64,000 bases of DNA. Source: Octopus vulgaris. Its lineage: Eukaryota. The stretch spans positions 103,106,001 through 103,170,000 of the forward strand of contig OX597819.1 in the NCBI GenBank assembly GCA_951406725.2, in the 5' to 3' direction. Position numbers and translations under genes: made by a program. This document shows positions 13,621 to 28,384 of the stretch, piece by piece (position 1 is the first letter of the stretch; the number at the start of each line of letters is the position of its first letter). Below the pieces are notes generated by a model. It was given only the letters and a program-made list of their open reading frames with translations. It did not search any database and had not been told where the DNA came from.

Positions 13621-14197
13621 AACTTCCGAGTGGGTTTTATTCTTAGCAAATGATTGCTTAACCTTAAGGTTGCTTTCTTTCATTTGTTGTTGCGTCGATT
13701 CTTTATTTTCCCGTCTTAGATTTTGTTTTTGGTCCTGCTCCTTCTGATATTGTTGTTTTTGTTCTTATTGCTTGTGGTGGTGACGGTGGTAATGTGAGTG
13801 GAGGTGAAATTCTACGTCTTATATGTCTGTGTAGTTATTGCTTTAGGTGATATTACTGTGGGAGTCTTCCTAGCGATATATCTCTCATATTCATTCGGTC
13901 TCTTCTTGAGCGCTTTTTATTCCAACATTTATATATTTCTTGTTATATTAATAATGCGGAAAGCTAAAATAACAAAATCATTATATGTCTGTGTGCATGT
14001 GTGTGTGAGTGTATTAGTATTATTATCATTATCGTTATTATCATTATTATCATTGGCACTACAACAAATGATTTCGCATTCTTCTTTTTCTGTCTTGCGC
14101 CTTTGACGTCGCTCATCTTCTGAAGTCGCTTACACTGTTTATCTCCCCTTAGTTTTCTTAAGTCTCTTCGCTGCCTTATACTATCCGCTCCCACTTG

Positions 14198-14276
<79 letters not shown>

Positions 14277-14320
14277 GCCACCACCACCACCACCACAACC
14301 ACCACCACCACTACTACCGC
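14198..14320. repeat. (TAC)n-(CAC)n microsatellite
   Basis: Direct reading. Confidence 0.95.
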
Positions 14321-14910
14321 TGTTGTTGGTTGTTGATGAGGATGAGGAAGAGGAGGAAAAGGAGGGGTGGACGGGAAGGAGGCCAGCATCATTTCCTGCT
14401 ATTGCTGTTTTCTGTATTGTTGTTAATGATAATATGATAAGGTCTATTCGTGCTGCTTACTAGCGATAGTCACTAACAGCAGTAAACTATAACATTCATA
14501 CGTTCTGTATATGTATTGTAGCTTAGGTCTGAACTTATAATAATTTTGTTTCTTAACACCAAGTCAGCCCTAATTACTACGCAAGTTTGGACCTAGGATC
14601 TCGTCATTGTTCCAAGAACTGCGCAACAAAAGAAGCGGCTATTTTCGTTTGAAAATCTCTGACTCATAGGAAATTCTGACACTTGTATATTCACATTCAG
14701 ATTGAATGATGGTACTCAGAACTTTGAGTTCATCTCGTTCCAAAATGCAGTACTCCGTTGTGAAATCACAGAAATGCAACAGCATTGCAATACATCGTTG
14801 TGTAGTAGTCTTAAAGCATACAAAGTTTTCGAGCGTATCCTATTTGAACAATTTCACTCATTTTTCGTCGAACAAAAAGCCGTAGATCTCTCTCTTTCTC
14901 TCTCTCTCTC

Positions 14911-14976
<66 letters not shown>

Positions 14977-15084
14977 CAGTCTGTATCCATTCTTTTGGAA
15001 TATAAAAGACATTGCACAGAGTACTATATTAATTTTTCTTATTTGACAACCTATTCTATTTCCATAAATGGTAATTTATAATCT

Positions 15085-15212
15085 TTTCCTTTCTACTCTA
15101 GGCACAAGGCCCGAAATTTTTGGAAAGAGGGACCGGTCGACTAGATCGACCCCAGTACGCAACTGGTACTTAATTTATCGACCCCGAAAGGATGAAAGGT
15201 AAAGATGACCTG
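15085..15212 (-). mobile_element. 5'-truncated family A SINE
   Basis: Tail and core only. Confidence 0.8.
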
Positions 15213-16096
15213 AGTACAGCTCAATCAAGTTCTGTTATTAGTGCATCGGGTACAAGATTAGAAGCTATATAATATACTACAATAATACTCTTGTGTTTTT
15301 CTCCGTCACAGCATATGAATGGTAAAGGAAGAGGTGATAGGTGAATAAGAAAGTGAGGAAGGGGTAATGGCAAATTTGGTAGTCGGATGATGGAAATTGT
15401 ACGGTGGAAAAAATAATCAAACAGCGTTTCAACTCTATCTGAGTTAATGCGTGTGTATGTAAAAAAGAGTTATGGGAATATTTGTGTATGTGTGTGCGTA
15501 TGTGTGTGTGTTTGTGTTTGTTTGTTTGGTTGTTTGTTTGTTTGTGTGTGTGTGTGTGTCTATGCAATGGAAGCGTGATGGGGATCATTCAACGCTGAAA
15601 AGAAAAATCAAACAGCGTTTCAACTCTGTGTGAGTATATGTGTCTATGTGTGTGCGTATACAAATGAAGTATGTGAATATCTGTGTCTGTGATTATCATG
15701 TACTTTATTTTGCACCTTAATTATATATAAAATACTACAATTAGCTGTCATTTCTGAGGACACGGGATGGTACAGAGAATGACGTGCTTTCGAGAAGATG
15801 GTGCGAAGGAAGCAGAAACTGATGCCACGTCAACTAATAGTATTTAATAATGCATGTGACTAGATTCTGTACTCTTAGACGTCTCTTAAGAATACATAGT
15901 GGTCAAGGATGGAGCGTCATTGGTCGCAAACGACATAAACAAAGAATAAATTAAGGTTAAACAGCAACTTTTGGGTCAATGCAGGACACACTAACACATA
16001 CATACACACACAAACACATACACATACATACATACATTACATAACATACATACATACATACATACATACACACACACACATACATACATACATACA

Positions 16097-16425
16097 TGAC
16101 TGATCGTGGGATTGCACCTGGAAATTTACCCTTCCAGGCACAAGTCCGGGCAAGGTTTTTTTATGGAAGACCAGCAGTCGCCCATGCATATCATCCTACA
16201 CTCTCCACGCCACCAATGTTATCCAAGGGAAAGGCAACAGCAGATATAGCTTGGCATCATTGACGTCGCAGCTCATTTCTACAGTTGAGTGAACTGGAGC
16301 AACGTGGAGCAACGGGAAATAAAGTGTCTTGCTCAAGAAAAACAACACGCAGCCTGGTCCGGGATTCGAACTCGCAACCTCACGACCGTAAGCTAAACGC
16401 GCTAACCACTGAGCCATGCACCTTC
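16097..16425 (-). mobile_element. Family C SINE, near full length
   Basis: Minus strand has TGGCTCAGTGGTTAGCGCG..GAGTTCGAATCCC (A and B boxes). Homologous to 5462-5745. Confidence 0.85.
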
Positions 16426-16829
16426 ACATATATGTGTGTGTGTGTATGTATGTATGTATGTCTACAATTATTTGCGTTAACAGTGGATTGCAAGGCACAT
16501 ATAGTTTTATGTGCTTCATGATCCATTGTTTTAAAAATGAACTTTTGACGTTATCTCGAAAGTTTATAAGAGTTAAAAATCATATGATCTCCACAAAACA
16601 ATATGTAACAAGAATCAACATTTTAAGGATCGCTTAATGTATTTCAGTTTAGTATCATTCCTTTTTTTTCTGTAACTTGTTTCAGCCTAAAGGGTGTGGC
16701 TATGTTGGATCAAAGAAATATTTATTTTATTTTTACAATTAAAATGCATACATTAGTTCCGAATCTTCGAAATCCCTGTCAACCTTTCAATAGTATAACA
16801 CATAAGCACACACAAGCACATATGTATGC

Positions 16830-16987
<158 letters not shown>

Positions 16988-17898
16988 GTATATACACGTA
17001 TGCAGTCAACTGTATATGCATGAATACAGTATTCTATGGAAGATCAGAAAGGAATATGGGTGTGTTATAACAGGGTGGATGCTGACCCCTGATTTCATCT
17101 TCAAAATTTCAAAATTTTATTTATCAGACATGTCCCAAAATTGAACCTGGATATTTACACGCAATTCCACATATCTACCTCAGTTTAATATAAAATTAGA
17201 ATCCAGAATACATGGAAATTGATGTGGGCTTCTTCGGAAAATGTTGATAGTAAATCCGATATAACTCCTCGTTGGTCGTGCGTTTGGTTTGCCTGAGGCA
17301 GGAAAAAGACCGAAATGTCATTATTTTTCCACCATTAGAAGCGAATTTTGTTGTATTCAAACGATGTATTTAGTATGATATTTTTAGCATATCAAGTATA
17401 GATGTTGTATGGAAATTGTCATATGTGAGTGAATAAATAGGTTATGTTAAATGAAAATTGCATTACTTTATAACCCACCCTTGCAATTATGGAGAAATGA
17501 TAAAGCGTACAGTTTGTTTTCATCAACAGATTGTTTGGAAAATCTGTGTACTACAAAAGGTCGCACAAAATAGCGTGGTGAATTCTAAAAAAAAAAAAGA
17601 AAAAAGTGAACAAGAAAATTTGTCGAAAGATACTTGTTAATTTGCTTGCTTTTACTTGTCAAAACGAGGGATGATATTAATTTAGAATCATTCCCGAAGA
17701 CTTTTATAAAGTGTAGCATTTCTAATTGAATGGATGGTACAGAGAATGACGTGCTTTCGAGAAGATGGTGGGAAGGAAGCAGAAACTGATGCCACGTCAA
17801 CTAATTCAGAGATTAATCTGTATGAGTGTTCAGTATCAAATCTATCACAGATGTAATTGGAGAAATTCTGATGCTACATATGGAGATAGTGATGATGA

Positions 17899-17932
<34 letters not shown>

Positions 17933-17937
17933 GGTGG

Positions 17938-17982
<45 letters not shown>

Positions 17983-19054
17983 GGATGATGATGATCACGA
18001 CATTGACGAAGTGTCCTTTGAAGGATTTTAATACAGGATAATTGAATTAATAACTTTATTTAAATAAACAACTAAATTTTTAACATTTACTGTTGAATTT
18101 AACATGCTATTTCACAGTATTTCAAACGGTATCTATCGTATATCTATCTGTCAATCTATCTACTTATATGTCTCTCTGTCGATATGTGTGTGTGTGTGTG
18201 TTTCTGCAATAAGTACTGTATTATAGGGACAGAGTACTTAAGCAATGCAAGCCTATTTCTGCCTGTATTCCCTTGAAGACGGAGTTTTCAAATTAGACGG
18301 GAAAAAAACGCGCCATACATCCTATATCAATGTTTCTCCTATATTATAGTATAATATAATACACACTGTAAATAAATCAGTAAATGCATCTCAAGTAAAC
18401 AAAAAAATTATACTGGACCTCCTGTTACATCTAGTAAAATAACCCGAACCTTAGAGGTATCACAAACACTGAAGCTAAACCATCCTGACTTATTTTAAGT
18501 ATATTATGGTAAGTAATGACAGTAATTTGTCTCTATTTGAAATGAACTTGTGTAAATTTTTGTAAGTCACCCTATGTTGCAGAGTAATTTACTAAATAGT
18601 TTCCCCCAGTTGATCACTTCGATGCTAGTTTAATGATGGTTGTTATCGAGGCAGTAAACTCAGTGCTAAGTGCCAGATTCTAAGGCCTCTTTGACTATTG
18701 GAATATTTTCCTAAGTTACACATATTCACACACACTACATGCATAATAGAACAATAGACACTGCATATAGCATTACTACAAGATCAAAATGCACCCAGAA
18801 TAAAATACGGAACGAGATGTCTCCATAAACTCCGAATATATTAGTAACACCACAAGTAACTTTTTTTGCATGAAAATTGTAGCGTAACCGTTTAATCAAC
18901 AAAACATTTTTCAGACAAAAAAACATACGACACAATTTTCAATATGAACATAAACGCTGTAAACATCATGATCCAATATTTTATATCAAGAATATATGTT
19001 GGACAGTTTCTAATCAGCTAACCTTGCATTTACAAACAAGTTCCGTGAATTTGC

Positions 19055-19172
19055 TTATTTATTCGACCCTGAGAGAATGAAATCCACCTCGGCAGAATTT
19101 GAACGTAAAACCGGACGAAATGCTGCTGAGCATTTTGTTTGGTGTGCTAACGACTCTGCCAGTTCACCGCCT
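19055..19172 (-). mobile_element. Degenerate family A SINE
   Basis: TCGACCC..ACCTCGGCAGAATTTG..GTGCTAACGACTCTGCCAGTTCACCGCC. Confidence 0.65.
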
Positions 19173-19182
19173 TAATATTTAC

Positions 19183-19232
<50 letters not shown>

Positions 19233-19344
19233 GGAGGAGGAGGAGGAGGAGGAGGAGGAGGAGGAGGATGGTGGTGGTGGTGGCTGTGGTGGTGGTGATC
19301 GTGATGATCATGATCATGAAGATATTGAAGAGAACTTCCGAATC

Positions 19345-19572
19345 TGATGAATTGAAGTGGGAAATACGCCAGTTGTGGACAATGAAGAAGGCAGACGTAT
19401 TACATAACCACCAACACGATCCTCAAAAAGATTGAAACGAATATCATTTGTCGCAGGGTTCTTGAAACATGATCAGTAAGCAAATGCCACCTTAGTTTGC
19501 TGGCTTAGGACAGCTGACACTTTCCATTCATATCCAGGAAAATAAGGATGAGATTTTTGATGATAATAATGA
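19345..19572 (+). mobile_element. Short 3' fragment of an R4/Dong-type LINE
   Basis: Translates DELKWEIRQLWTMKKADV..ICRRVLET*, followed by a 3' UTR and TGA/TAA tail. Homologous to 39845-40055. Confidence 0.6.
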
Positions 19573-19574
19573 TT

Positions 19575-20240
19575 TTTTATTAACCGCAAGAGTTTACATG
19601 AAGAAAAACATTATGGACAGCAAAAGGACAAAACAAAAAATGTGTATCTGAATGTCTGTGAGTGAAAAAAAGGGAACAACAATTTGTAATCCTCAATAGG
19701 GAGGAGACGTTCGAGGGGTGCTCATAGAAAAACCCCCATAAAAACCATTGCTGCCCTGACTCTTGGGCAGGTGCCTTTTTTTCGTTTCCTTTCCTTTTTC
19801 CAAATACAGGCGTATGCTCAGGGCAAGCCCGTTCACTCGCACCATTCTCGCCACTTCCATCCACCTTTCAGTAAACTGACTAGAAGACAACACTTCCCTC
19901 TCTATCCTTATTATCCGTTTCAAGTGAAACTTGAAGATCATCATGGACTGACGAAAGAGAAAAGGATTTTCCTTCAGCTCTTCAATCTCGTCCACCACAC
20001 AACTTGTTTCGCCATGGCCACCAGGCATATTAAAACAGCCTTTCCTTTCCGGTTAAATAAAAGCGGCGGGCTGTTCTTCACGATGTGCTCATTTGACAGC
20101 CGGATCCGTCCCATACGCGACAGCAGATGTTTGACATAAACTCACAGGTGAGCAATGCTCGGGCACTGGAAGAGTGCATGCAGGACCGTCTCGTCGTCCT
20201 ACGCGCATCTCGGAATGGTCAGCTAACGGCACGTCCGTGC
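19575..20240 (-). mobile_element. 3' end of an L1/Tx1-type LINE ORF2 (zinc-knuckle region), pseudogenised
   Basis: Minus strand translates PRCA*DDETVLHALFQCPSIAHL*VYVKHLLSRMG..ICLVAMAKQVVWWTRLK..FKFHLKRIIRIEREVLSSSQFTERW. AATAAA lies near the 3' end. Confidence 0.75.
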
Positions 20241-20458
20241 CAAAGTTTGAAATTTTGTGGGGAGTGGGGTCGCATGCTCAAATAGTTATATGAAAAGCCG
20301 GTACTAAAACGGTACTTATTTCATCAACTCTAAAGTTACTCAATTGATATTTATCTTATCAACTCCACAGCGGCATTTGAACTCACAGTGTAAAACCAGA
20401 AGAATGCTGCTCAGAATTTTGTCCGGCGTGCTAACAATTCTACCAGCTCGCCACCTTA
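20241..20458 (-). mobile_element. Degenerate family A SINE
   Basis: GGCATTTGAACTCA..GGCGTGCTAACAATTCTACCAGCTCGCCACC. Confidence 0.65.
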
Positions 20459-20459
20459 G

Positions 20460-22245
<1,786 letters not shown>

Positions 22246-23802
22246 AATATTGTTTTCATTTTGTTTTAGTCAGCCATTTAAGCGTCAACAAATACATCTC
22301 AAGGACTGCAACAACTAAACAACTACAACCGCTACTACATAATTAGCAATTTCTATAAAAAAATCTGCCCACCCCTGTAAAAGAATTCTTAGGAGGAAAA
22401 TTGATTCAAAAACTGCAGCAATAGTAACAATAACGAAAGCAATAGTAAACATTACAATGACAATCGCGTTAACAACAGTCCTGGCAACATGGATGCTCTC
22501 ACCAACAATCATAGCAACACTAACACTCCAAGCAAAGAACAATACAAGCATCAAACCAACGAGTCAGTCTCTGTTTGGTCACTCACCCGTCTAGAAATAG
22601 CAGCTGAATTTCCCTAAAATCATTTTACAGTTATAAATCTCAACTCATTAGAATACAACGAAGTGAGATTTACGCATCTTTGGTGAAATTTGGAAAGAAT
22701 CATGGTAAAAGAAAAGAAAGACAAATTCTGCTGGTCATTAGCCGGAGGAATCTGCTATAATAATACTGTTGTGATTTTCTCCGTCACAACACATGAATGA
22801 GAAAGGAAGGGGTGATAGTTGAATAAGAAAGGAAGGAGTGATGGCAAAATGGTAGTAGGAGCGTTTCAGTGTGAGAATGTGTGTATATGTAAAAAGGAAG
22901 GTATGTGAATGCCTGTGTGTCTGAGTGTTTGTGTTTGTGTGTGTGTGTGTGTTTGTGTGTGTGTGTATGTGTGTGCAATGGAAGTGGGATGGTGAACATT
23001 AAACGCTGAAAAAAAAAACAAACAGTGTTTCAACTCTAAAGTACTACAATTCGCTGTCATTTTTGACGGTACGGGGTCAGCTACTTACAATTATATCTTA
23101 CTCATAACAGTTTCAAATTTTTGCGCAAGTGTAGCAATTGTCGGGGAGGGTGCAAGCCGATTAAATCGACCCTGAATGGACGAAAGCAAAATCGGCCCCG
23201 ACAGCATTTGAGAGCTTAGAATGCAATGTACAAATGAATGATGTTAAACATTTTTTCCGCCGCCCTCACCTTTTGATTATATTAATAAATAATTTGTGCT
23301 ATTTATAGTTATTCCCTTTTATTCATACTATGTATCTTTCTAAGGAGAAAAATAAAATTGTTTAGGTTTATTTTAAATTCGATTACCACTTATCTCAAAA
23401 ATTTAACTGGTACCTTAAATTTTCGACCCTGAAATAATGAAAGGCAAAGTTGACCTCGGCAGGACTTGAACCTATATTATCTAAAAGTACAGTTTGGTAC
23501 TGAAAAAACAAAGATGGCTGGGGGAAAATGTTTGGGAAACACTGCAGTGGATAATGTAATCGAAAGTATCTTATTCCGCAAAAAAGCGAGGCGGTCGTAG
23601 GTGATGTCGGGCAAGGAAGATTTGAGGGTTAATCGACAGTTACAATGACAATAAGCAACGTCAATAAGACAGAAACCGGTTACATTTATCAGTGCCACAA
23701 CGCATCATCTGCACTGTCACTTAGAATACCAAAAGGGACAACCACTATTAACGCTATTGTTCCGGTGGTGACATCACTGTCACCACCGTCATTATTATCA
23801 AC

Positions 23803-24020
23803 TTAAGACAGCGAACTGGCTGAAACGTTGCGCGTCTGTAAAATCGTTCAGATGCATTTCTTCCGGAATCTTTACGTACTCAGTAGAGATCCTGCCCAGG
23901 TTAGCTTCGCCTTTCAGCCTTTCGTGGTTGTTAAAAAGAAGAACCAATAGAGCACTGTAGTAAGTCATTCAGCAAGACCCTTCCCTAACAGAATTTCTAG
24001 CTTTTGCCAAAATTTAAAAC
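23803..24020 (+). mobile_element. Degenerate family A SINE
   Basis: GCGAACTGGCTGAAACGTT..CTTCGCCTTTCAGCCTTTCGTGGTTG. Confidence 0.55.
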
Positions 24021-24076
24021 ACTTATCTTTATTAACTCCCTCTTATGAGCATCAACACCTTAAATCAACCCACTAC

Positions 24077-24144
<68 letters not shown>

Positions 24145-24166
24145 ATATAAGGTGGTGAGAGAATTC

Positions 24167-24203
<37 letters not shown>

Positions 24204-24282
24204 TTAAGGGTAGAAATTGATATTTATCAATTAAAACCAGTGGTCTAGCATATTAAAAAAAGAATCCGAAGATTAAAATATT

Positions 24283-24589
24283 TATATATACCAATTAAGG
24301 ACTGAACACGAAAAGTGGACAGACAACATGCTAGATATAGACGTCAAATCGCCATTCTCCACAAAAGATTATGTTCTCAAATCAAACTCAGCACAAAACT
24401 GAAGCAATAAACAAGTGAACAGTACATGGGTAATTATTTTATTTCGTATATTTTCACTTGTTTATTGCTTCGGTTTTGTGCTGAGTTTGATTTAAGAACA
24501 TAATCTTTTGTGGAGAATGGCGATTTGACGTCTATATCTAGCATGTTGACTGTCCACTTTTCGTGTTCAGTCCTTAATTGGTATATATA
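24283..24589. repeat. Long inverted repeat (137-bp arms, 33-nt spacer)
   Basis: Arms 24283-24419 and 24453-24589 are reverse complements with about 3 mismatches. Confidence 0.95.
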
Positions 24590-24599
24590 TGTATATAGT

Positions 24600-24791
24600 G
24601 GGGTGGGGGAGAATTCACAATATAGATAGATAGATAAAAAATACAAAATGGGACAACAAAACATCCAGATAGACAATACCATAAAAAAAACAAGGACGGG
24701 TCATACGAAGTTTTATTTCCTCAGTCAAGTACCAGATTATCTTCGCAATTTCGGCTGATTATACTTGAGATTGCTCCAAACTGGCCAGCCC
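24600..24791 (-). mobile_element. Interspersed repeat, probable Penelope-like element terminus
   Basis: Reverse-complement homolog at 62554-62745. Minus strand has a GGCTGG..CAGCCGAAATTGCG stem followed by GAAA. Confidence 0.5.
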
Positions 24792-25219
24792 ATAAACGGA
24801 TATATTGGATCAGATAGTTTATATTTTCGTAGACGCTTGATCTGTTAGAACTATCGGTCATATCTCCGTCAATTTTCATCTTAATGTCTTAAAAAGAAAT
24901 AAGCTGCACAGGATTTCGCAGTTCTAGATGTCTAAAATGAAGCCGAGTTGGTTGTCGGTGAAATGTTCAGACGATAGGTTTGCATCTTCAGGGCTGACAT
25001 GCAATTAAACAGCAGCAAATATAGTTAACCCAAACTTAGCCAAAAGTTTCTACGTGGCCCGTTGAACTCCATAGCAATAGCAGCCAAATTTCACCTAAAT
25101 ATCATCTTAAATAAAGAAAAATTATGAATGCTGCTAAAAAAATACCAATAATCAGAGCTGGTCATGGTTGGATCTTCTGTCATCACACAATGGCCGAACT
25201 GATATCAAAACGTCACTGC

Positions 25220-25461
25220 ATGACTATCAAAATACTACTAAGACTATTACTACTACTAGTAGTAGTACTGCTATCGCTACCACCACCAACATCACCATCA
25301 CCATCAACATCACCATTACTACATCTACAGCTACTACTAATACTAATACTAACACAGCTGCTGTTGCTAAAGCTGCTGTTGTTGCTGCAGTTGTTGATAC
25401 TACTACTACTAATAATACTACTACTACTACCACCGCTAGTAGTAGTAGTAGTAGTAGTAGT

Positions 25462-25509
<48 letters not shown>

Positions 25510-25515
25510 TGTAGT

Positions 25516-25609
<94 letters not shown>

Positions 25610-25850
25610 AAATCATAGCCATTATTATAACCAACACGATTTCTATCACCTTCCCAGTAGAAAATGGCGCTACCTTAATGCCCATCAGTACCTGAGCTGA
25701 TGATGATAATATCTGGTCATATAAATGTGCCGTAGTAGAAGAAAGAGGAGTTGGTGGTTATAGTGTGAGGGAAAAGGAAGGGTGGCGGCAGACGGAAGCT
25801 CATATTTCACTTCGATAACAACCAATTATCTATTGCCACCTTAGAGAAAT

Positions 25851-25885
<35 letters not shown>

Positions 25886-26016
25886 AACCATCAGTGTCAT
25901 AGTGATTATCATCGTCACCCCTAACATCAACTTTATCATCGACATCATCACCACCACCACCACCACCACCACCACCATCATCATCAACATCATCATCATC
26001 ATCATCATCATCATCG

Positions 26017-26053
<37 letters not shown>

Positions 26054-26227
26054 AGCCATCAGTTTCATAGTGATTATCATCGTCACCCCTAACATCAACT
26101 TTATCGTCGACGTCATCATCACCTTCAATTTAATATTCGTCGTCATCACCACCACCACCACCACTACCACCATCATCATCATCATCATCATCACTATCTC
26201 CATATGTAGCAGTATCAATAGCAATAC

Positions 26228-26288
<61 letters not shown>

Positions 26289-26420
26289 GTCACCATTAAT
26301 ATCATAACTTCCCACCAGCATCACTACTCTCATCATCCTCATTACCATTCATTCCCATCATCGTTATTATCATCATCATTGTAATCCTCATCATCATCAG
26401 CATCATCATCATCATCACCA
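25220..26420. repeat. Trinucleotide simple-sequence block (TAG, CAG, CAT, TTA) with an internal ~55 bp direct duplication
   Basis: CATAGTGATTATCATCGTCACCCCTAACATCAACTTTATC occurs at about 25898 and 26067. Confidence 0.9.
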
Positions 26421-26477
26421 TAAACGTGAAGCTGGATAAAGGATATGCGATGACAATAATGCCAGTGCTAAAGTCAA

Positions 26478-26690
26478 GCTGGCAGACACGTTAGCGCGTC
26501 GGGTGAAATGCTTAGCGGTATTTCGTCTGTCGTTACGATCTGAGTTCAAATTCCGCCGAGGTCGACTTTACCTTTCATCCTTTCGGGGTCGATAAATTAA
26601 GTACCAGTTTCGCACTGGGGTTGATGTAATCGACTTAATCCCTTTGTCTGTCCTTGTTTGTCCTCTCTGTGTTTAGCCCCTTGTGGGCAA
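26478..26690 (+). mobile_element. Family A SINE monomer (B-type tail)
   Basis: GCTGGCAGACACGTTAG..GAGTTCAAATTCC..GCCCCTTGTGGGCAATA. Confidence 0.9.
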
Positions 26691-26859
26691 TATATACTTA
26701 GAGTATTACGTTACTTTCTGTTCTTTACAATCACTCGCTTAGTCTCTAATATATCAATGTCTTCTCTCTCTCTCTCCTCATTCTCCCTCTCTCTCACTCA
26801 TTTTACCCCTGTCCTTCTCCTCTCTCTCTCCCTCTCTCTTTCATATTCCCCCTCTCCTA

Positions 26860-26892
<33 letters not shown>

Positions 26893-27084
26893 CACCGGTC
26901 AAGATTTAACATTATTCTATTTCTGTAGGCATGGCTGGTCATTAAGAATCTGACTTTGCAAGATGGAAAATGTGCCGCGCCTACATATGCTTGTCGCGCC
27001 TACATATTCTTACACCATACATACATACATACATACATACATACATACATGTTGCTTCAGCCCAATCCCCTGGCAAAAATAAGT

Positions 27085-27262
27085 GGTACTTTTATATCAA
27101 AGGGCCAGCCATTTCACAATCTGTGTCACGCTGAATCACCTTAAGAACTACGTTACGTGTACACGTGACTATGGGGTGCTCAGCCACATGTACGTTGATT
27201 TCACGAGCAAGCTGTTCCGTTAATCGGAACAACTGGAACCCTTATCTTCGTGACAGACTCAG
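27085..27262 (+). mobile_element. 3' half of a family D SINE
   Basis: Homologous to the reverse complement of 34790-34900 (CAAAGGGCCAGCC..GAACTACGTTA). Confidence 0.7.
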
Positions 27263-27784
27263 AGCTCCCGACATTTTTTCTTTTCTATTTTCTTCTATTC
27301 TATTTATCCTACATCCTTTCAAAATTTCTCCCAGGTGTTACCCATTACAATGCGTCTTGGCCTAACGGGTCTTAATGTTTGTCTTCGTCGATTGTTTGTT
27401 CTGCATGTTCACTGTGTTGCTATTTGTTCGTTCGAAGTCCTAACTCGCCACAAAATTTATGTTTTTCAAATTTCTGGATGCTGCTGTCTTATGAAGTTTT
27501 CCTATCTTGCCATCGAAAGCACGGAAGAGAGAGTAATAAGCGGTCGATAACTTAGGACGAGTTATACTTCTTGGTATTTTGTCCCGTACTAGTCTCTCGT
27601 TATGTGTTTACGTATTTTTCACTCGTTGTTATTGATCTGTTCTTGTGTATTTTTTGGTATTTTGTCATATACTTACCTGACGTGTGTTTACGCGTTTTTC
27701 GCTCATTGGTGACGTCTTAATGTGTATTTTCTTTATTTATTTATAATTGAACGCCACGCCACCTTGACCACAATAAGTTCCTAC

Positions 27785-27861
<77 letters not shown>

Positions 27862-27873
27862 TGCATATATATA

Positions 27874-28384
27874 TCTATATATATAAAACTCTAGTTGTGT
27901 GAGTGTCTGTCCCCTTCGATTTAGATTCCTAACTCCTCCCACATTTTGCGGTGCAGTTTAACCAAATTCGGGTATCTTATAGTCGTGATTCATATCGAGC
28001 CCGTCTGACTATTAGCGCGCGTCAACGATGAGTCTACGATTTTAAAAATAATTTAACATCATTTATTATTCCATTTTAATGCATAAAATGCATCGTGTGT
28101 CGATGGCGGCGGAGTTGGCGTCCACGCTCACAGCTGTACCTGTTTGCTTCTCCCCTTCCCTCCCTCGTGAAGCTGTGGGGAAGGTAGTGTCAAGAAATCA
28201 ACGTCGTAATGCGTTGTGAAGGAGACCAGCGTTCTTTTAGAACAACGACTTCATGGCTCGAAGACACCAAAACAAAAATGGCTAAGAAAGCCCGAATTGG
28301 CATCTATAAGGGAAGTAACTCTCTAAAAATGCTTATATAGTTATTTCCCTTACAAACCCGAGCAACGCCGGGCGATACTGCTAG
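27874..28384 (+). mobile_element. Non-autonomous Helitron
   Basis: Begins TCTATATATATAAAA after an A. Ends with the subterminal hairpin CCCGAGCAACGCCGGG and CTAG before a T, matching canonical TC...CTRR termini in an A|T site. Confidence 0.8.

Noticed and set aside
16340-16425. tRNA-like sequence with A and B boxes
   Set aside because: It is the head of a SINE that continues into the family body, with no proper acceptor stem.
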